A stretch of DNA of 64,000 nt from Felis catus. Its lineage: Eukaryota. Below are positions 50,056-63,066 of the stretch, in pieces. The stretch lies in NCBI RefSeq assembly GCF_018350175.1, contig NC_058383.1, positions 13,394,001-13,458,000 of the forward strand, read 5' to 3'. The position numbers and the translations under genes are program-made. Below the pieces are notes generated by a model, which had not been told where the DNA came from, searched no databases, and saw only the letters and a list, made by a program, of their open reading frames with translations. Positions within the stretch are counted from its first letter, which is position 1; each line of letters starts with the position of its first letter.

Positions 50056-51409
50056 ATCAACTCTTTTACACCCTAGCCCTGACTTCTCCTTGATGACTAG
50101 AGCGTGGGGTATGTTTTCTTCTTCCTTAAAGGTCTGATCCTTATACAGCACCTCCAGCACCTTTTATGACATCTGAGTGTTTCTTGATAGTAAATTGTGT
50201 TCTTGTCTTGCACTAAATTGACCAGGAGTCTAGGGAAGAGAGGAGGTGAAGAGTTTATATTTAAAAGCTCTAAGTGTATAAACATCTCCATGTCTCAGGA
50301 TTTATCTCATGGCTTGTTACTCTTTCTAATAGAGTTACAATAGCTTGTTGGTTTTTCTTCTATAATCCCAGTAAACTTTCTTTCCGTAAGTAGCTTAGCA
50401 CAGACTTTTTTTTTTTTTTTAAGTTAGAGACCATCATTTGTTGATTAAATAGTGGTGCTGTTTCAATCATGCATGTTTCAATTGCATTTCTAGAGAAGGG
50501 AGATGAGGTTTCTGGGTTTAGGCTGCAGTGAGGGAACATTAGCTTTCTTATCTCTTCACCTCAATCATCCATCTGAAAAACAGCAACAACAAAACAATAA
50601 TTGTAGCTTCCTCTTTGGGGAAACTATGTAGTTTAATTAGTGTTTTCTAATAACTTGCCAATCTTTAGAGAAAAGTTACAATAGAAGTATAGGAAATCAC
50701 CTTTGGGGTTAGTTTATCATCATTACTGTTACTATTATCATCATTATTACTACACGGGACTAGTTATTCTTTTAAATTGGCTACTTGAAGATATGTTTCA
50801 GATCTCATGGAGTGAAATTTACATTTCCAGTGACTGTGCTCAAATAAGAAAGGTATACTGAATATACACATATGGGCAGTGATTTCTTTAAAATACCTGG
50901 CCCTGTAAATTGTAGGAGTGTTCACTTTGTCACCTGCAAGGAGATTCACTCCCAATTAGGAAATGTCAGAAAGCAGACTTTAATCATCTCGTCCCAAGTG
51001 GTTACCGAGGAAGACTTCCCGTGCACGTACATATGAGTGCAAGTCTGCCGAAGCTGTTTTTCAATAATATTGTATCATTCTGAGCCGATTTTAGTCTTTA
51101 ACCCAGATTTGCTTTGAGCCTCTGCAGTCTCTTGGCTACTAGCTACCTGACTACTAACAGCAGCGATAACCAGACCCTGCCTGATGTGTGGGTTTTTACA
51201 AAGCGTCTTCTTCTCACGGCAGGTGGGGCCTTCTTGGGACTCCACTGCTCACCTAGGCTCAAAGAACAGTCCTCCCCTTTGCCATGGCACCTTCCTGGTC
51301 TGCTCCTTCCCTGGTGCTTTTGTTCAGAGCCTCCTTTTCAGGAAGTGGGCCCCTGCTCATGCCACAGGTGGGTGGCAGAAGGACCCACCGGCTCCTAAAA
51401 GAATTCTTT

Positions 51410-51645
51410 GAGGGAGCTCGAAGCTTAACTGCCTAGGATTGAAATCCTACTTCTGTCACCTGCTGTCTGAATGACCTTAAACAAGTTACCTAACTTCTCT
51501 GTGCCTCGGTTTCTTGTCTATAAAATGGAGACGATAATAGAGCCTATCTCTTCAAGGTTCTCAGAGATTAAAGGAGTGAACACACGTGAAGCCGTTAGAG
51601 CAGTGCGGTCATATAGTAGGCATTAGTAAACGTTCCTTGCTACTG
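51410..51645 (+). mobile_element. MIR, near full length
   Basis: actgcctaggattgaaatcc...tgaccttaaacaagttacctaacttctctgtgcctcggtttc...taaaatggag. Confidence 0.85.
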
Positions 51646-51944
51646 CTTTTGCTTCTGCTATGTTGCCATCTTACCACCTCGTCCCTCTCATAACCTGTTG
51701 AAATAAACCAAACCCTTTTACTCTTGAGGGACCCAGTATTAGCATCTGAGCCCTACTACTTGCTATTTCCTTTTTTACCTACCACACACTGATGTGTGAA
51801 ATTGTAACTCAAAACAGAATTGATCACCATGATAAATAACAGATCCCTGAATATATCAGCATACTCTTTCTCTCCTTTATCCCCTCTCTCCTAACCATCC
51901 TTCCTAGTCTTGTGAAGTACCTTCTGTAAAATTAGCCATTTTTA

Positions 51945-52470
51945 ATGAATTTAACAAATGTGATTACACATCTACATGTTTTCTTCCTTGGGTTGATGCT
52001 GGGGATAGAACGATGAATAGGGCAGGCCCCTGATCTCAAGTAGGAAAAAAAAATTTTTTTTGACTCCTTCGCAGAGAGTATGGTGCTGGAGTTGGATTTT
52101 GAAGGATGAATAGGAGTTTACCAGAAGAGGACACCTAAGAAGAATATTCAAGGCAGAGGCAACAGCATACGCAAAAGGTGGTATGGCAGCATATGCCAGT
52201 CCTGAAATGTACAAGTTGAGCATTTAGGAGTGTGACGTTCACGTATCAGCAGGGTCAAGAGTGGCCAGAGATGTGGTGGGCTGGAGTGAATGTCCTTGTA
52301 TACCAGGCTAAGGAGTTTGGACTTAATTCTGTGGGCAGCCAGGAGCCCTTGAAAGATTTACAGAATGGAAGTGCTCCGATCTGATTTGCCGGCTCGTTCC
52401 AATGGCTCTGAGGAAGGACAGCCTGGAGAGGGGTTCAAGACTGGAACCAGGGGATGTGTCAAGTAGTGTT
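51945..52470 (-). mobile_element. L2 3' region
   Basis: ggattttgaaggatgaataggagtttaccag...aggcagaggcaacagcatacgcaaaagg...ggctaaggagtttggactt. Confidence 0.75.
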
Positions 52471-52989
52471 TCAAGTGCTGCTCCTCCCTCCCTTGCTTCT
52501 CCTATTGCTAAAGAGAGTGGAGTGGAATGATGTGTGCTTCTGAGAGACGGGTGTTTATCCCGACTTCCCAGCAGTCCCTTGAGTATGTCAAGAGGGTGCA
52601 TGGAGGGAAGACACATAATCCTCACCCTGCCCTCTTCCCACCTTAATCTTTTAAAAGAGACAGGAGCAAAGCTCCTATCACATTGGACTTGACTGAAGAC
52701 AGAAGTCCTTGAGCATCCTTCCCCTAAGTGCTGGCCAGGCTGGTGCTTGCAGAGGAGAGGAGATTAGAATAACACCCTCACTCCTCGGTGAGAGGGCAGG
52801 CAGACCCTTAAACACTGGATGGTTCCATTCCGGAGCCTCTCCTGACAAGTGCTGCCAGCAACCAGTGTCCTTGGCTTCTCTTTTGCATCGCTTACCCTGT
52901 AGTAGTTAAGCATTCAGGGCATTCTGTGTCTTTCTTTCTTTCCCCTCAGTTGCTTCGAGAAGAGGAGAATTTGCTTTAAAAAAAAATGT

Positions 52990-54330
52990 GTCAAGAAAGC
53001 TGTATGAAATGGCATTTAAAAAAAGAAAATCCCACACTTTCTTCCTCAGAATGCTTCTCCCCAGTTGCCATGGTCCCTCTTTGTCCCTCCCAGAGCCTTG
53101 CAAATTATTATTTATGTATATTATTGTAATTATTTCTAGAAAATCAATAGAATTGCTTGTCCTTATCGGCATTGATACCTTTTCTGCCTCTCCCTTCTCA
53201 TCCTCTCTTCAGCTCTGGCAAATTGTCATTTCTGAGGGTATTATTATTGTAATTACTTTAAGGAAATTGACAAAAATACCATGACAATTTCATGCCTCAG
53301 AATTATTACACAGGTTTCAAAAGAGAGAGAGAGAGAGAGATTACGCTACATCAGTACAGTATTTGTTATTCCTAAATGATTATTCCAGAAATACTAATCA
53401 AAAATGTCTCCCTCCAGAATGGCACTGTGGCTTTAATATCAGCTGCTGTTTCTTTGAATGGGGTTGCCCAATCTTTCATCAAAGAAACACATCACCCATA
53501 TCCCTGTCTTTAAAAACAGCAATTATGTGTAAATGCCTCCTGATTTATTTGAGCCAGGGCCACTGGCCAGTATGAGTCACCACAATTTATTGCTAACCGT
53601 CACTTTTACATGATAGGTCTGTAACAAATATCTGCCGCATATTGTTAAATTAATCTTCCATTTAAAATTAATGGAGTTAGACTCCCCAGGTTCAATGTAA
53701 TTTCGTGTTCACGGGCAGGGAGGGATGTGTGCTGCATACGAAATGAGACAAGGCCCAACGCCCTAATCTTTCATCACCTTGAACCTGGAGACTAGGACGC
53801 GTCTCAGCACCAACTAATGAGATTGAGCCCGCGTCTCTCCTGAGGATGCCGGCTCAAAGAGGCTTTTCTGCTCAGAAATAGCAGGCTCCGTCTTATTTTA
53901 ATAATTCCTCAGATATGACAAGTCTGATGTTATGTATGAAAGAGCCAGGCTTGAAAAAGAGATAAAATGAATTTTATATCATTACTTCAAAACCAAAGCC
54001 AAGAGAAGTGTGTTGCAGTTAAATTCGGGGGGGAAAAATGGCAGGAAGCATTTTAGTCATGAAATATAGTGCCTGTAAACCAGGAGCCATCCTTTCATTT
54101 ATTTTAATGCACAATCACCTTAGATTTCTCTTCTATAATTCTGGAACCTTTGCATGCATTAATCAAAATAATGTGGATGAAAGTGGGAGCTTGTTTAATA
54201 AACACTTGGATGAAAATATCAGAGGGAAGATGTAATTCCTGATGGGATATGTCATATGGCGCCTCTGAAGGCCCATCACTTCTTTTCATTGGCATCTTTT
54301 GAAAAATGCGTTTTTTTTTCTTATATGTAC
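52990..54330. promoter_or_regulatory. Putative conserved non-coding element cluster
   Basis: Repeat-free apart from a short (GA)n; TGATTTAT at 53541, TGAGTCA at 53573, many TAAT and TGACA. Confidence 0.45.
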
Positions 54331-55685
54331 CACTCACTTACCATGTAGTCTTTTAAAATTTAAAAATGATTAAACCAAATTACAAAGTGGTAGGGGGTTC
54401 TCTGGTTTTCATTCCTTAATCGTTTTTACGAACTCGGGGGCCTTCTTTGCATCCATGGGGAAGCAGGCCTGACAGCACATTGCCAGCTTTTGGTCAGGGG
54501 CAGCAGTCCTGGCAAATGCTTGCTGCATCAGTTCTTGGAGAGGATTGAACTGCAGGAGCAAGGGGACCCTTTTCCTGGGTAAAGAGAACCTTTCTAAACA
54601 GACAGGAAGTTGTAATGGGCGGGAAAGGCGCCAGATGAGGTACACGCCCTGGTTTTCTCTCATTCTGAGTTTGACTCTAATTCCTAGTTACTTCTGAGTG
54701 TCTCTGAAGGGAATTCTAAGTATTTACACTTCAGGTCTCATGTATAATGCAACATATGAATGAGTTTAAAATTCTCGTGATTGGTTCTAGTTTGGGTTCA
54801 AAAGTAAAACTTCCAAAGGATTGGTGTTTTTCTACCCATAGATGATGATGGTGATGATATTACTACCATTATCATTTTACTTACGATTACATTCTGTAGC
54901 TTAGAACTCCAGTATCTCATAAACTTTATATGTTTGCTTGAACACAGAGTCAGGGGAATGAAGACTCAAGTACAAGGAGATCAAGTCCAGTCGCTACTGA
55001 CTTAGTGGCACAGGGCAGGTTTTAACATTCCATCATTTTGGTGTAGGCTATTTGGTAAGGGAAATTTTTAGAAATGTTATTCCGTGTTTCTACTTGAAGT
55101 TTTAGAAAATGTTAGGGGGATCTTAGAACCAGGTAAATGGGTTAAGTGATTAAATGACTTTATAGGTTGGAGAATGAAGAAATGAATAATAGTAGGGGCA
55201 CCTGTCCCCATGAAACTGAATTGCCGTGCTTCTTAATAGCCTCTCTTTGGATGTCTTTAGGCTGTTGCATTTTCTACAGCAGGTGCGTGGGCGGTGCGTG
55301 GGGAGCCCCAAATAATGGCTCCCGCTTTCATTCTGCCACTCAAGGCTTCTCTGTCTTAAGATCTCCACATTTTCTCCTGCCCTCTTTTCTTATGCCCTCA
55401 GCTTCTTTCTTCTCTGTTCCTTTCTTCTTTCCTTCTTTCCCTTAAAAGGGCTTCTCATTCTGTGCTTCAGAGGCTTCATCTATTTGAGTTTGCCCTTTTT
55501 GTTGTGGGGACAGAGGGCAGGTTGATAATGCTTGGGCTCCAGGTCAGTGGTGGGTTTATAACTCTGTGTTTTACAATCAGAACGTTAGAGAGGTAAGGGA
55601 CTTCTGATCTAACCCATGTCCCATTTTATATGTTTGCCTTGAAAGGCTGAAGAGGTTAAGTCTCCTAGAGACCATAAATCTATCT

Positions 55686-56252
55686 TTTTGGAAAACAGCA
55701 TGGTAGTTCCTCAGAAAAACTAAATATAGAATTACCATATGATCCAGCAAGTTTACTTCTGGGTGTATACTCAAAAGAATTGGAATCAGGGACTCAAAAT
55801 GCTCATACACCCTTCTTCATAGCAGCATTATGCACAGTACTCCAAAGGTGGGAGCAAGCCATATGTCCGTCTGCAGGTAAATGGATACACAAAGTGTAGG
55901 ATGTCTGTGTAACAGAATATTATCCAGCCTTATAAAGGAAGAGTATTCTGATACCTGCCACCACATGGGTGATGAAGACCTTGTGCTAAGTGAAATAAGT
56001 CAGAAACAAAAGGACAAATGTGTGATTCCACTTACGTGAGATACTTAGAGTAGTAAAATTCAGAGACAAAGTTGCCAGGGGTAAGGGGCCGTAGGGGGAG
56101 TGGGGGGTGTGGGCAGAGGGTGTTATTGTTTAATGGGTACAGAGTTTCACTTTGCAATGACAAAAACATTCTGTAAAAAATTTAATGCTGCTGACTATAG
56201 ACTTAAAAATAGTTAAAATGGTAGATTTTATGTATATTCTACCACAGTAAAC
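55686..56252 (+). mobile_element. L1MB3-like 3' end
   Basis: tggaaaacagcatggtagttcctcagaaaactaaatatagaattaccatatgatccagcaa...ttattgtttaatgggtacagagtttca. Confidence 0.9.
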
Positions 56253-56510
56253 ATACACACATTCTCCTTTTTATCTGAGAACATAAATTTTGAGCAATTA
56301 CGGGGGATCTGTCTAGAATCTGCCCCAATCTCTGCAGCTAACATTTGGACCTTCCCTTAAGTCAGTTTCAGACTTGTTGATGTTTGAAATGTTCCGCCTT
56401 TCACTTTCTCCCTTCACTTTCCTTTTTCCTAACATTTGAGTACTTGCTTCTGTGATCGTCACTGGAGATGCAAATAGCTCAGAGCCTAAGGAATTTTATA
56501 TGAAATATAT

Positions 56511-56728
56511 TTTTCATTTTTTTTAAATTTTTATTTATTTTTGAGAGAGCGAGAGACAGAGCACAAGTGGGGGAGGACCAGAGACAGAGGGAGACACAGA
56601 ATCCGAAGCAGGCTCCAGGCTCCGAGCTGTCGGCACAGAGCCCAACACGGAGCTCGAACTCATGGAGCATGAGATCATGACCTGAGCCAAAGTCGGACGC
56701 TTAACCGACGGAGCCACCCAGGCGGCCC
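56511..56728 (-). mobile_element. CanSINE (SINEC_Fc2-like)
   Basis: Full body with many CpGs retained. Confidence 0.95.
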
Positions 56729-57079
56729 TGAAATGTCTTTAAAGAATATGCATGTATAGCATTCAGAAGAATTCCCAGAAAATATTAGTTGTGAGAGAAA
56801 CAAAATAAGACCATTCCATATTTGCACAAATGCATCAGATGGCTGTGATCCCACTTATAGGAGTTCTTGAGTTTTCTCTCTAACATGAGTTTTGTGACCA
56901 TTTCATCCTAATTCATAAATGTCTCCTGACTAAACAACTTCCAGGATGTAGGAATCTGTTTTGTAGGTTAAATAAGGAAACCCTGCAAGTGATCATAACA
57001 AAAGTTAGAGCATTGTAAGTGGCATAAAAGGTTAATAATGGGCTTGAATTTCAAAAAAAAAAAAAAAAGAAAAAGAAAA

Positions 57080-57920
57080 AAGTTTATCAGATTGAGGAAG
57101 AAACTTGGGCAGTTGGCCTTTAAAAGATAGTTAAGACTGCATCAGACGAAGATGTGGAAAAAGGACGTGAAATGGGCAGCAGAGTGTTCTCAGAATAGTG
57201 AGCAGTTGTTTGTGGTGTGAAATAGACTTGGGTTTGTCAGTAGGATTGAGGCTGGAGGGGTGGGTTTTGGGGTCAGTGGTTTAGAGCGGTGAGGGCCATG
57301 TTGAGTTCAGGTATGACTTACACAGAGAGTGAGGGCCCTGAGGATGGGTCCTCCCAGTGGTCAACTGGTCTCGCCAGACCCAGCAGAGCAAAGCTGGAGT
57401 TGTAACCTGGAAGACTGCCTCTAGAGAGGCATGGATCAAAGCTCTTGGATGAGACAGATTGTGCAGGTAGAGTAGGATAGAGTCTCTTGAGTGTTTCTTC
57501 TGCAGTGGGAGGAAGGGGATGGTGTCGAGAACACACTTCCAGAGAGGTGAGAGAAGAGTAAATAAGAATGAAGAGCAGGGAGTACTTCCAGACTTCCAGT
57601 TATGGAATGAGTAGTCACGGGGATGAGAGGTACCGCGTAGGGGTTACAGCCAGTGTTTTGTAATGGCCTGGTATGGTGACGGGGCCGTTGCACTTGTGGT
57701 GAGTACAGCATGACATATAGTAAGTATTGACTCACCGTGCTCTACACCTGGAAGTGACGTAATAGTGCGTGTTAACTATATTTCAATAGTAATAATAATA
57801 AAAAAATGGTAGATAGAGGACGGACTTTCCAGAGAAATCTGATTAGGGAGTGGTCAGGGTGGTAAATGCTACAGAAGAGTCTTTAAGGAGGATTAGAAAT
57901 GAGAAATTAGATTGGATCTC
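57080..57920 (-). mobile_element. L2 fragments, split by an L1 insertion
   Basis: Purine-rich antisense L2-like sequence (ggtggtaaatgctacagaagagtc...aggaggattagaaatgagaa). Confidence 0.4.
57545..57806 (+). mobile_element. Carnivore L1 3' end (L1_Carn-like)
   Basis: cagacttccagttatggaatgagtagtcacggggatga...gtatggtgac...cacttgtggtgag...tacacctggaa...gtgttaactatatttcaat plus A-rich tail. Confidence 0.8.
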
Positions 57921-58633
57921 AACTCCTTGTAACACAGAACTGCACTCAGACATGTGGCATCGAAGTATGAAAACATTCTCAGGGGCCCTGCGCCCCCCTG
58001 CCCTGTCACGGTTGCCTTATGGACCAAGGCATGCAAGCGAGCATGCTTTACCGAAGAAGATAGTACTAGAAGGGGAGCTTTTAGTTTGAGGGAGAGATCA
58101 ACAGATCCATCCGTGTTTTCCCTTAAAAGGGAGAAAAAGGTCTTTGCGAGACAAGAGTCTAGACTTCTATCGTTCTGTTGCAGGTCAGAGCCCAGACTAT
58201 GTACGTGATGGAGTGCAATGTCAGCAACACAGCGAGGAGTCTTGTTAGAAACCTAAGTATCTGTTAAAAAGAACAACGCCTGGTATCAAGCTAAAAATAT
58301 GTTATTCTTTGGTGCCATCCCCTCTCCGCTTCTGTGGTAGCTGAGCCCTTGCTGTCAGGCTCACGGCTCCTGTTCAGTGAGCACCAGAGCCACCAGGCCC
58401 TCCAGGCCCGTGGAGTTCCTGGCATGGGAGTCATGGTTCCAGGGGATGGGTGCACCTGATTAGACGGCCTTGCCAAGCTCTGCCAGCTTCAGGAACCCCT
58501 GGGAAGGGAGCACAGGCCTCCAGCTTCCCATCCACCCTGGTGTTCGTCTTCATTTGTTCCCCATGGCACGACACAGTCGCGTCCTCTGGGACGTCTGGGA
58601 CGTGTGCTTTGTATCTTCTAGGTGAGCGTGTTT

Positions 58634-58692
58634 TATTTATTTTTTTTTAATATGAAATTTATTGTCGGATTGGTTTCCATACGATACCCAGT
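58634..58692 (-). mobile_element. 59-bp 3' tip of a felid L1 (L1_Fc-like)
   Basis: ttttaatatgaaatttattgtcggattggtttccatacgatacccagt between 15-bp TSDs taggtgagc(g/a)tgttt at 58619 and 58693. Confidence 0.85.
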
Positions 58693-58992
58693 TAGGTGAG
58701 CATGTTTGAAACGTGTCCTCCTCACGTTTTCTCCGATTTCCTTCCTCTACCTAATTTTTGTTTTTCCAGACACAGTGATAAGCTTTAAAGGAGTAAGGCC
58801 TGTGTTTTATAGTTAGTGTTCAATAAATACATTTTGATGCGTCCTTTTTGTGAACACATTTTGGAGCTGCAGAAGAAGTTACTTGAGTACTAGGTCTCCT
58901 GATAAAAATTCCTCAGCGAGAGCCACACTCACTCCTTAATGGATCATGCGGATATAATGCACACAACATACATTATTTTCAGTTGTACATGA

Positions 58993-59099
58993 TTTTTTTA
59001 ATTTATTTTTTTAGTAATCTCTACACCCAACATGGGCTCAAGCTCACTACCCTGAGATCAAGAGTCCCATGCTTTTCTGACTGAGCCAGCCAGGTGCCC
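58993..59099 (-). mobile_element. Short CanSINE variant
   Basis: agtaatctctacacccaacatgggctca...gagatcaagagt...gagccagccaggtgccc. Confidence 0.85.
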
Positions 59100-59149
59100 A
59101 AACACAATTTGATGAATTAAAATGGATTATTAAGAATAGTAAAATATAA

Positions 59150-59273
59150 GGGTGGCTGGGTGCCTCAGTCAGTTAAACGTCTGACTTCGGCTCAGGTCAT
59201 GATCTCACAGCTCTTGAGTTCGAGCCCCGTGTCGGGCTCTGTGCTGACAACTCCGAGCCTGGAACCTGCTTCA

Positions 59274-59307
<34 letters not shown>

Positions 59308-59330
59308 ATAAATAAACATTAAAACATTTT
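59150..59330 (+). mobile_element. CanSINE (SINEC_Fc2-like)
   Basis: Head, (CT)n, aaaataaataaacatt. Confidence 0.93.
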
Positions 59331-59627
59331 AGAAATCCTGGGCTTTAGGAGAAGTTGCAGCTGATCATGGGCATGAACCACTCCTCATTAACACAATACA
59401 TCTGAACTTACCATTGGGTAGGAGGTAGATCTGTGCACATTACTGACATTTGTGGGCACTTTTCCCCCTGTTACCTTTAAGCAAGAATCCAAGATTGTTA
59501 TATTCTACATTAAACCAACTTGATCTAACCAAGCACAGCAGAGTAACCCTAACCTCTCAGTGTGAATGTTTGTACATTATAGTAGTGGTGTGTATCTCCA
59601 CATACACAAATGCAGAAAACATTTTTT

Positions 59628-59671
59628 AAAATGCTTATTTATTTTTAAGAGAGAGAGAGAGAGACGCCTCT
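59628..59671 (-). mobile_element. CanSINE remnant (tail plus GA tract only)
   Basis: atgcttatttatttttaa(ga)n cgcctc flanked by direct repeat agaaaacatttttt. Confidence 0.7.
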
Positions 59672-59704
59672 AGAAAACATTTTTTTAAATAAAGATTCAT
59701 TTTA

Positions 59705-59930
59705 GGGGCACCTGGGTGGCTCAGTTAGTTGAGCGTCCGACTTCGGCTCAGGTCACGATCTCGTGGTCTGTGAGTTCGAGCCCCGAATCGGGCTCTGTGC
59801 TGACAGCTCAGAGCCTGGAACCTGTTTTGGATTCTGTGTCTCCCTCTCTCTCTGACCCTCCCCTGTTCATGCTCTGTCTCTCTCTCTCTATCAAAAATAA
59901 ATTAAAAACAAAACATTAAAAAAATTTTTT
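59705..59930 (+). mobile_element. Felid CanSINE (SINEC_Fc type)
   Basis: ctctgaccctcccctgttcatgctctg diagnostic; TSD aaataaa(g/t)attcatttta. Confidence 0.95.
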
Positions 59931-61224
59931 AAATAAATATTCATTTTAAGATGCATTGAGGTTTAAATACCAGCTGTACCTATTTATGTTTATAATTTAA
60001 TTTGAAGGTAAGATTATCATTAAAGGAAACTTCAGGAATTCCCTAGGAAGTCCTGAAAATCATCCCAGAGGTGTATTATTATCATTGTTGCCATTGTTTT
60101 AGAAGTTTATGGACTCCTCTGATTATTTATCAGTTAGACAAAAGGAGAATGTGAACCTGTCAACAAAGTCACCTCTTCTACATTTCTGCCCCATGCTGAT
60201 AAGTAATCAGGTTCCTCTTTGGAAGGAAGCTGCTTAAAGTGCTCTGGCCTCCAGCAGTTCTGGTGAAGTCTGTCACAACTCCAGTTGATTTCATTGGAAC
60301 TTGCTTTATTTCTGTCTTCTCGAATTATATTTACAATAAAGCCTTTTTTTTTCTTTTTTTGGATATTAGGATTTTGCACACTTTTAGGTAGGTCTCTTCC
60401 TCCTGTCCTCCTGCCTCTCTAATAAGTCCCAAAGATCAAATTGAGACCAGGAGATTCTGAAATCGGAAAGTTTCTGCCTTTTGCAGCTTATTTGATGGGA
60501 ATAAAAATGACTGATGGCTTTCTCTCCTGGACCCTTTTGTTCGATTCAACTATGATTATGGAGCCTATTAGCTGGACTTACAGCCTATTTAAGAGCAGTG
60601 CTTACCAGTAATGGGGGCCAAATGATTTTGGAAAGTTCAGATGTACTGGACTCCCTGCAGAAATGAATTCAGCACTGAACATATTGATGCAGAACCTGAA
60701 CGCGGCTGCTCCGGTGGGACCAAGAGAATTGTGAGCTCTGCAAGAAATGAGTGGGTAGTGGAATTAAAGATCAGATAGATGTTCAGCTCAAGGGCAGTCT
60801 CAGCTCTGAAGTTCATCACGGCAATTTAATCAGGCTCAAATGAGTGTTGCCCAGAAAAGAATCAGCCTTACGTGTGACAGGAAATAGAGTTTATTTAAAA
60901 GAGTCCTTGTTTCTGGTAATTCCGCGTGGTGAGGCTTCCCAGGAATACACTAAGACGAAGGAGCTGCTTACGTTTTGACAGGTGACGGACGGTGCTTTGG
61001 TCTGTCCTGGTTCCGAAAGTGGAATCTGGAGAAGATTTATAGGAGTTGCGGTCCTGTCCAGAGGGACATTGCTGTCCCTGAAGTTCCAGCTTGAACCGAG
61101 TCCGCAGACTGAGCGGCCACCTTTGGCTGGAGTCATCTGTTGCCACCTCCCGTTGTAAAATTATTTTTACGTAAAACGTTTGTGCGTCTTCAGTGAGAGC
61201 CGTGTGGCACAGCAGCAAAGAATG

Positions 61225-61425
61225 TGAGCTATTTCCCGCCGCCCCCCATGAGCTGTGTGACCTTGAGCAAGTTACCTTCAACCGTCAGACCCATCAATTC
61301 TTTACCTACGAAATGAGAATGATAATTTGCAACTTCACAGAATTACGGTGAGAAGAAAATTAAAGTAGTATATATTAGTGGCTTCTCACAGGCTCTGCAC
61401 ATAGTAAGTGCTCAATAAATGGTAG
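61225..61425 (+). mobile_element. MIR
   Basis: agctgtgtgaccttgagcaagttacctt...gcacatagtaagtgctcaataaatggtagtta. Confidence 0.85.
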
Positions 61426-63066
61426 TTACTTGAGGCTTTAGGACTCTCATCATCTCATCCCTCCCTCATTTGCCCCCTTATGTACTCCCTTCATGAGCAA
61501 GAGTGCTCTCTGTTTTAGGAATAAGTGAGAGGAAAACCTTTTAGAGGGTCTGTGGATTCAGAAATGGAGGAAGAGAATAGACTATGAACATGTGGAGGTT
61601 TGGACCTGGATTGTCAAGATCCCAGACAAAGACAGCCTACGCCAGTCTCTTCCTCACACCGCCCCCGACACCACGGGGTGTATTAGACTGACACATTATT
61701 AACCCAGGAAGCATTTTGAGAGGCAAGTTATGATTGTATGGCCATGATGAGAATCTATTAGTCTTTCTTTGATGTTCCTCACCAGTTCTTAAGTTCACTA
61801 AATGACGTACGGGTATTTTGTCTGATCAAATTTGAAAAGAATACGATACGTCTACTAGGAGTTTACTTCTTTTCCCCTTTAGGGATCTGTCAGAATGTGT
61901 CTGTTGTCTGTAGAGTCATATCTGTATCCTTATCCTTATATCTGTATCTGTTTATCTGTCTCCATGCGTGTGTGGGGAGGGAACGAATGAATGAATGAAT
62001 GAATGAGCACGGGAACTGAAAAACACGCTCGCTGTTTGATTGATGTCTGGGTGAGCACCAGTAATTCCTAAAATTCAGATCACTCGAGCCAAAGCTGGAT
62101 TGGAGAGGGCTGCCAAGATCCTCCTTCTGCCGTAATTTATCCCTTGGGACCCTATAGGCATGTGTCTGAGCCTGCAGTCCACTCGCAGAGCGGCCTGACC
62201 CGTGCTGTACCTGCAGTATAGAGAGAAAGCCATCCGGAGAAAGGATCGCTTGCAGTCTTGCCAGTACAGGGATCCCAGCTACTCCGTCGCGTGGCCCAGG
62301 GAAGGCCCCTCGTTCTGACCATCTCACGGCAAAGAGTGAAAAAGACGGCGAGTGTTGGAGGAAGTTGTTCCTCTGGAGTTAAGGTGAGAGCCTGAAGAGG
62401 GAGGAGCACAGAAGACATTCCACAGAACAGACAGCAGCCGGCAGCTTGAAAACCTGCAAGATTTGAGCAACAGGGTAATTGTGAAGACCTGGCTCTCACG
62501 TTTGTTAACATCCAGAGAACAAAAATGCTGTGATCTATTTCATGTGTTAAAATCTGCTGCGCGTTTTCTGTCACAGTTACCAAATGTGGGTAATTTGGAT
62601 TCAACGAGTATCCGTTCAGTGCTTTGAAGATTCAGAGTAATGAATCACAGCTACACACCATATTAATAAGCAAATGATGTATGTTCAGTCTTTAAAGACC
62701 ATTGTTGTGATGCACAATTGGTGCAGAGGAAAGATTGAAAAGACCCTGTAACTTAAGCTGTGGGTTTCGCTGAGGAAGCCAGCGCTACTGTGCATTCTAT
62801 TGACTGCTCTCTCCCACCCAAATAACAACAAAAAACAGAACAAACAACGTAGATCCATCAAAGAGCATGATAGTACAAATTGTTGGGATTGCAGATATGT
62901 AGATAGAAAATGAAGTTAACGTGAAATGTTTAATGTTTATTTTGAGTTCTTGGAACAGTGTTCATTGCTGACTGTGTGTACATATGTATGTGTGGGGGGG
63001 GATTAATTGGGGGTACCTGTGGCCCCTTGTGGGGCTTGCCTTGTTTCAAAGTGTGGGCCACAGTAG

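Noticed and set aside
54336..54560. Minus-strand donor ATG|GTAAGT with an upstream acceptor
   Set aside because: In-frame stop in the long frame, unrecognised peptide and no supporting neighbouring exons.
61890..62604. 145 and 150 aa minus-strand ORFs
   Set aside because: No domain similarity recognised; partly built from simple repeats (GAAT, TATCTG).
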